A stretch of DNA of 64,000 nt, taken from the NCBI GenBank assembly GCA_036172245.1, contig JAYWIR010000009.1, positions 496,001 through 560,000 on the forward strand, in the 5' to 3' direction. The DNA comes from Raillietiella orientalis (lineage: Eukaryota). Below, in pieces: positions 63,572-64,000 of this stretch. Position numbers and translations under genes: made by a program. Positions within the stretch are counted from its first letter, which is position 1; each line of letters starts with the position of its first letter. The notes below the pieces were generated by a model. That model saw only the letters and a list, made by a program, of their open reading frames with translations, did no database searches and was not told the origin of the DNA.

Positions 63572-63591
63572 CACACACACACACACACACA
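63572..63591. repeat. (CA)n microsatellite
   Basis: About 10 CA units. Confidence 0.85.
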
Positions 63592-64000
63592 AAATGGAGC
63601 CTCCGCGATCGGGCAAATCCTACCGGATCGGGAAAGAGATCCGTTCCCTTGGGGATTGTCTCCCTGGCTGGAGGTAAGGTGATTGGGGCAATGAAGGTTG
63701 CTCGGCGTCGGGTTTTTCGCGCGCTTTCGGCACGGCGCGCTCGGCCAGTTTCCCAGAGAGGCCACGGCAGGGCGCGCCATCACCCGCACTGTCCATGGTG
63801 GCACTCACTCCGGGGAGAGAGCCGATGACGCAGCGACGGTGCTCGGAGGTTTCGGTAAGGGAGCTGCTCGTGATGAACGTGGCCGCCGTTCGAGATGCAC
63901 CACCTCCGGGTACACCTGCTTCAACACCTCGTGGGTGTCAGTCTCATGGCTCTCTCTTTCCTCTCCCGCTCCTTCTTGTTTTCTCTGGTGGCCTTCTTCC

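Noticed and set aside
1..64000. Frameshifts as a general sequencing-error artefact
   Set aside because: The GPCR exons are clean and the duplicated tracts reproduce the same lesions base for base, which random read error would not do unless the assembly collapsed them.

Overview
Eukaryotic, probably invertebrate animal, genomic DNA; the organism cannot be identified from the sequence. There are no prokaryotic operons, and almost all ORF-track entries are spurious or fragmentary. Reading across frameshifts, about 30 decayed, intronless Death-domain/NACHT (NLR-like STAND NTPase) gene remnants of 0.5-2.7 kb fill most of the window, in both orientations. I recognised them by eye from ordered degenerate motifs (Walker A, Walker B, sensor-1, GF..Y.RKYF, LC..P, H.S.QEFLAA), so individual boundaries are approximate and need an HMM check. 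One gene appears intact: a 4-exon, 388-aa adhesion/secretin-class 7TM receptor (23581-45970, +) with all-phase-0 GT-AG introns and no visible GAIN/GPS domain. Its two large introns are filled with NLR remnants. Three pairs of otherwise divergent remnants share near-identical 0.5-0.63 kb tracts (4269-4766/16984-17481; 6263-6890/38290-38917; 44700-45293/52354-52947). Each tract includes the Walker A region and carries the same disabling mutations, suggesting recent sequence exchange among dead NLR cassettes. Five copies of a roughly 600-bp tRNA-derived SINE and several simple repeats are also present.
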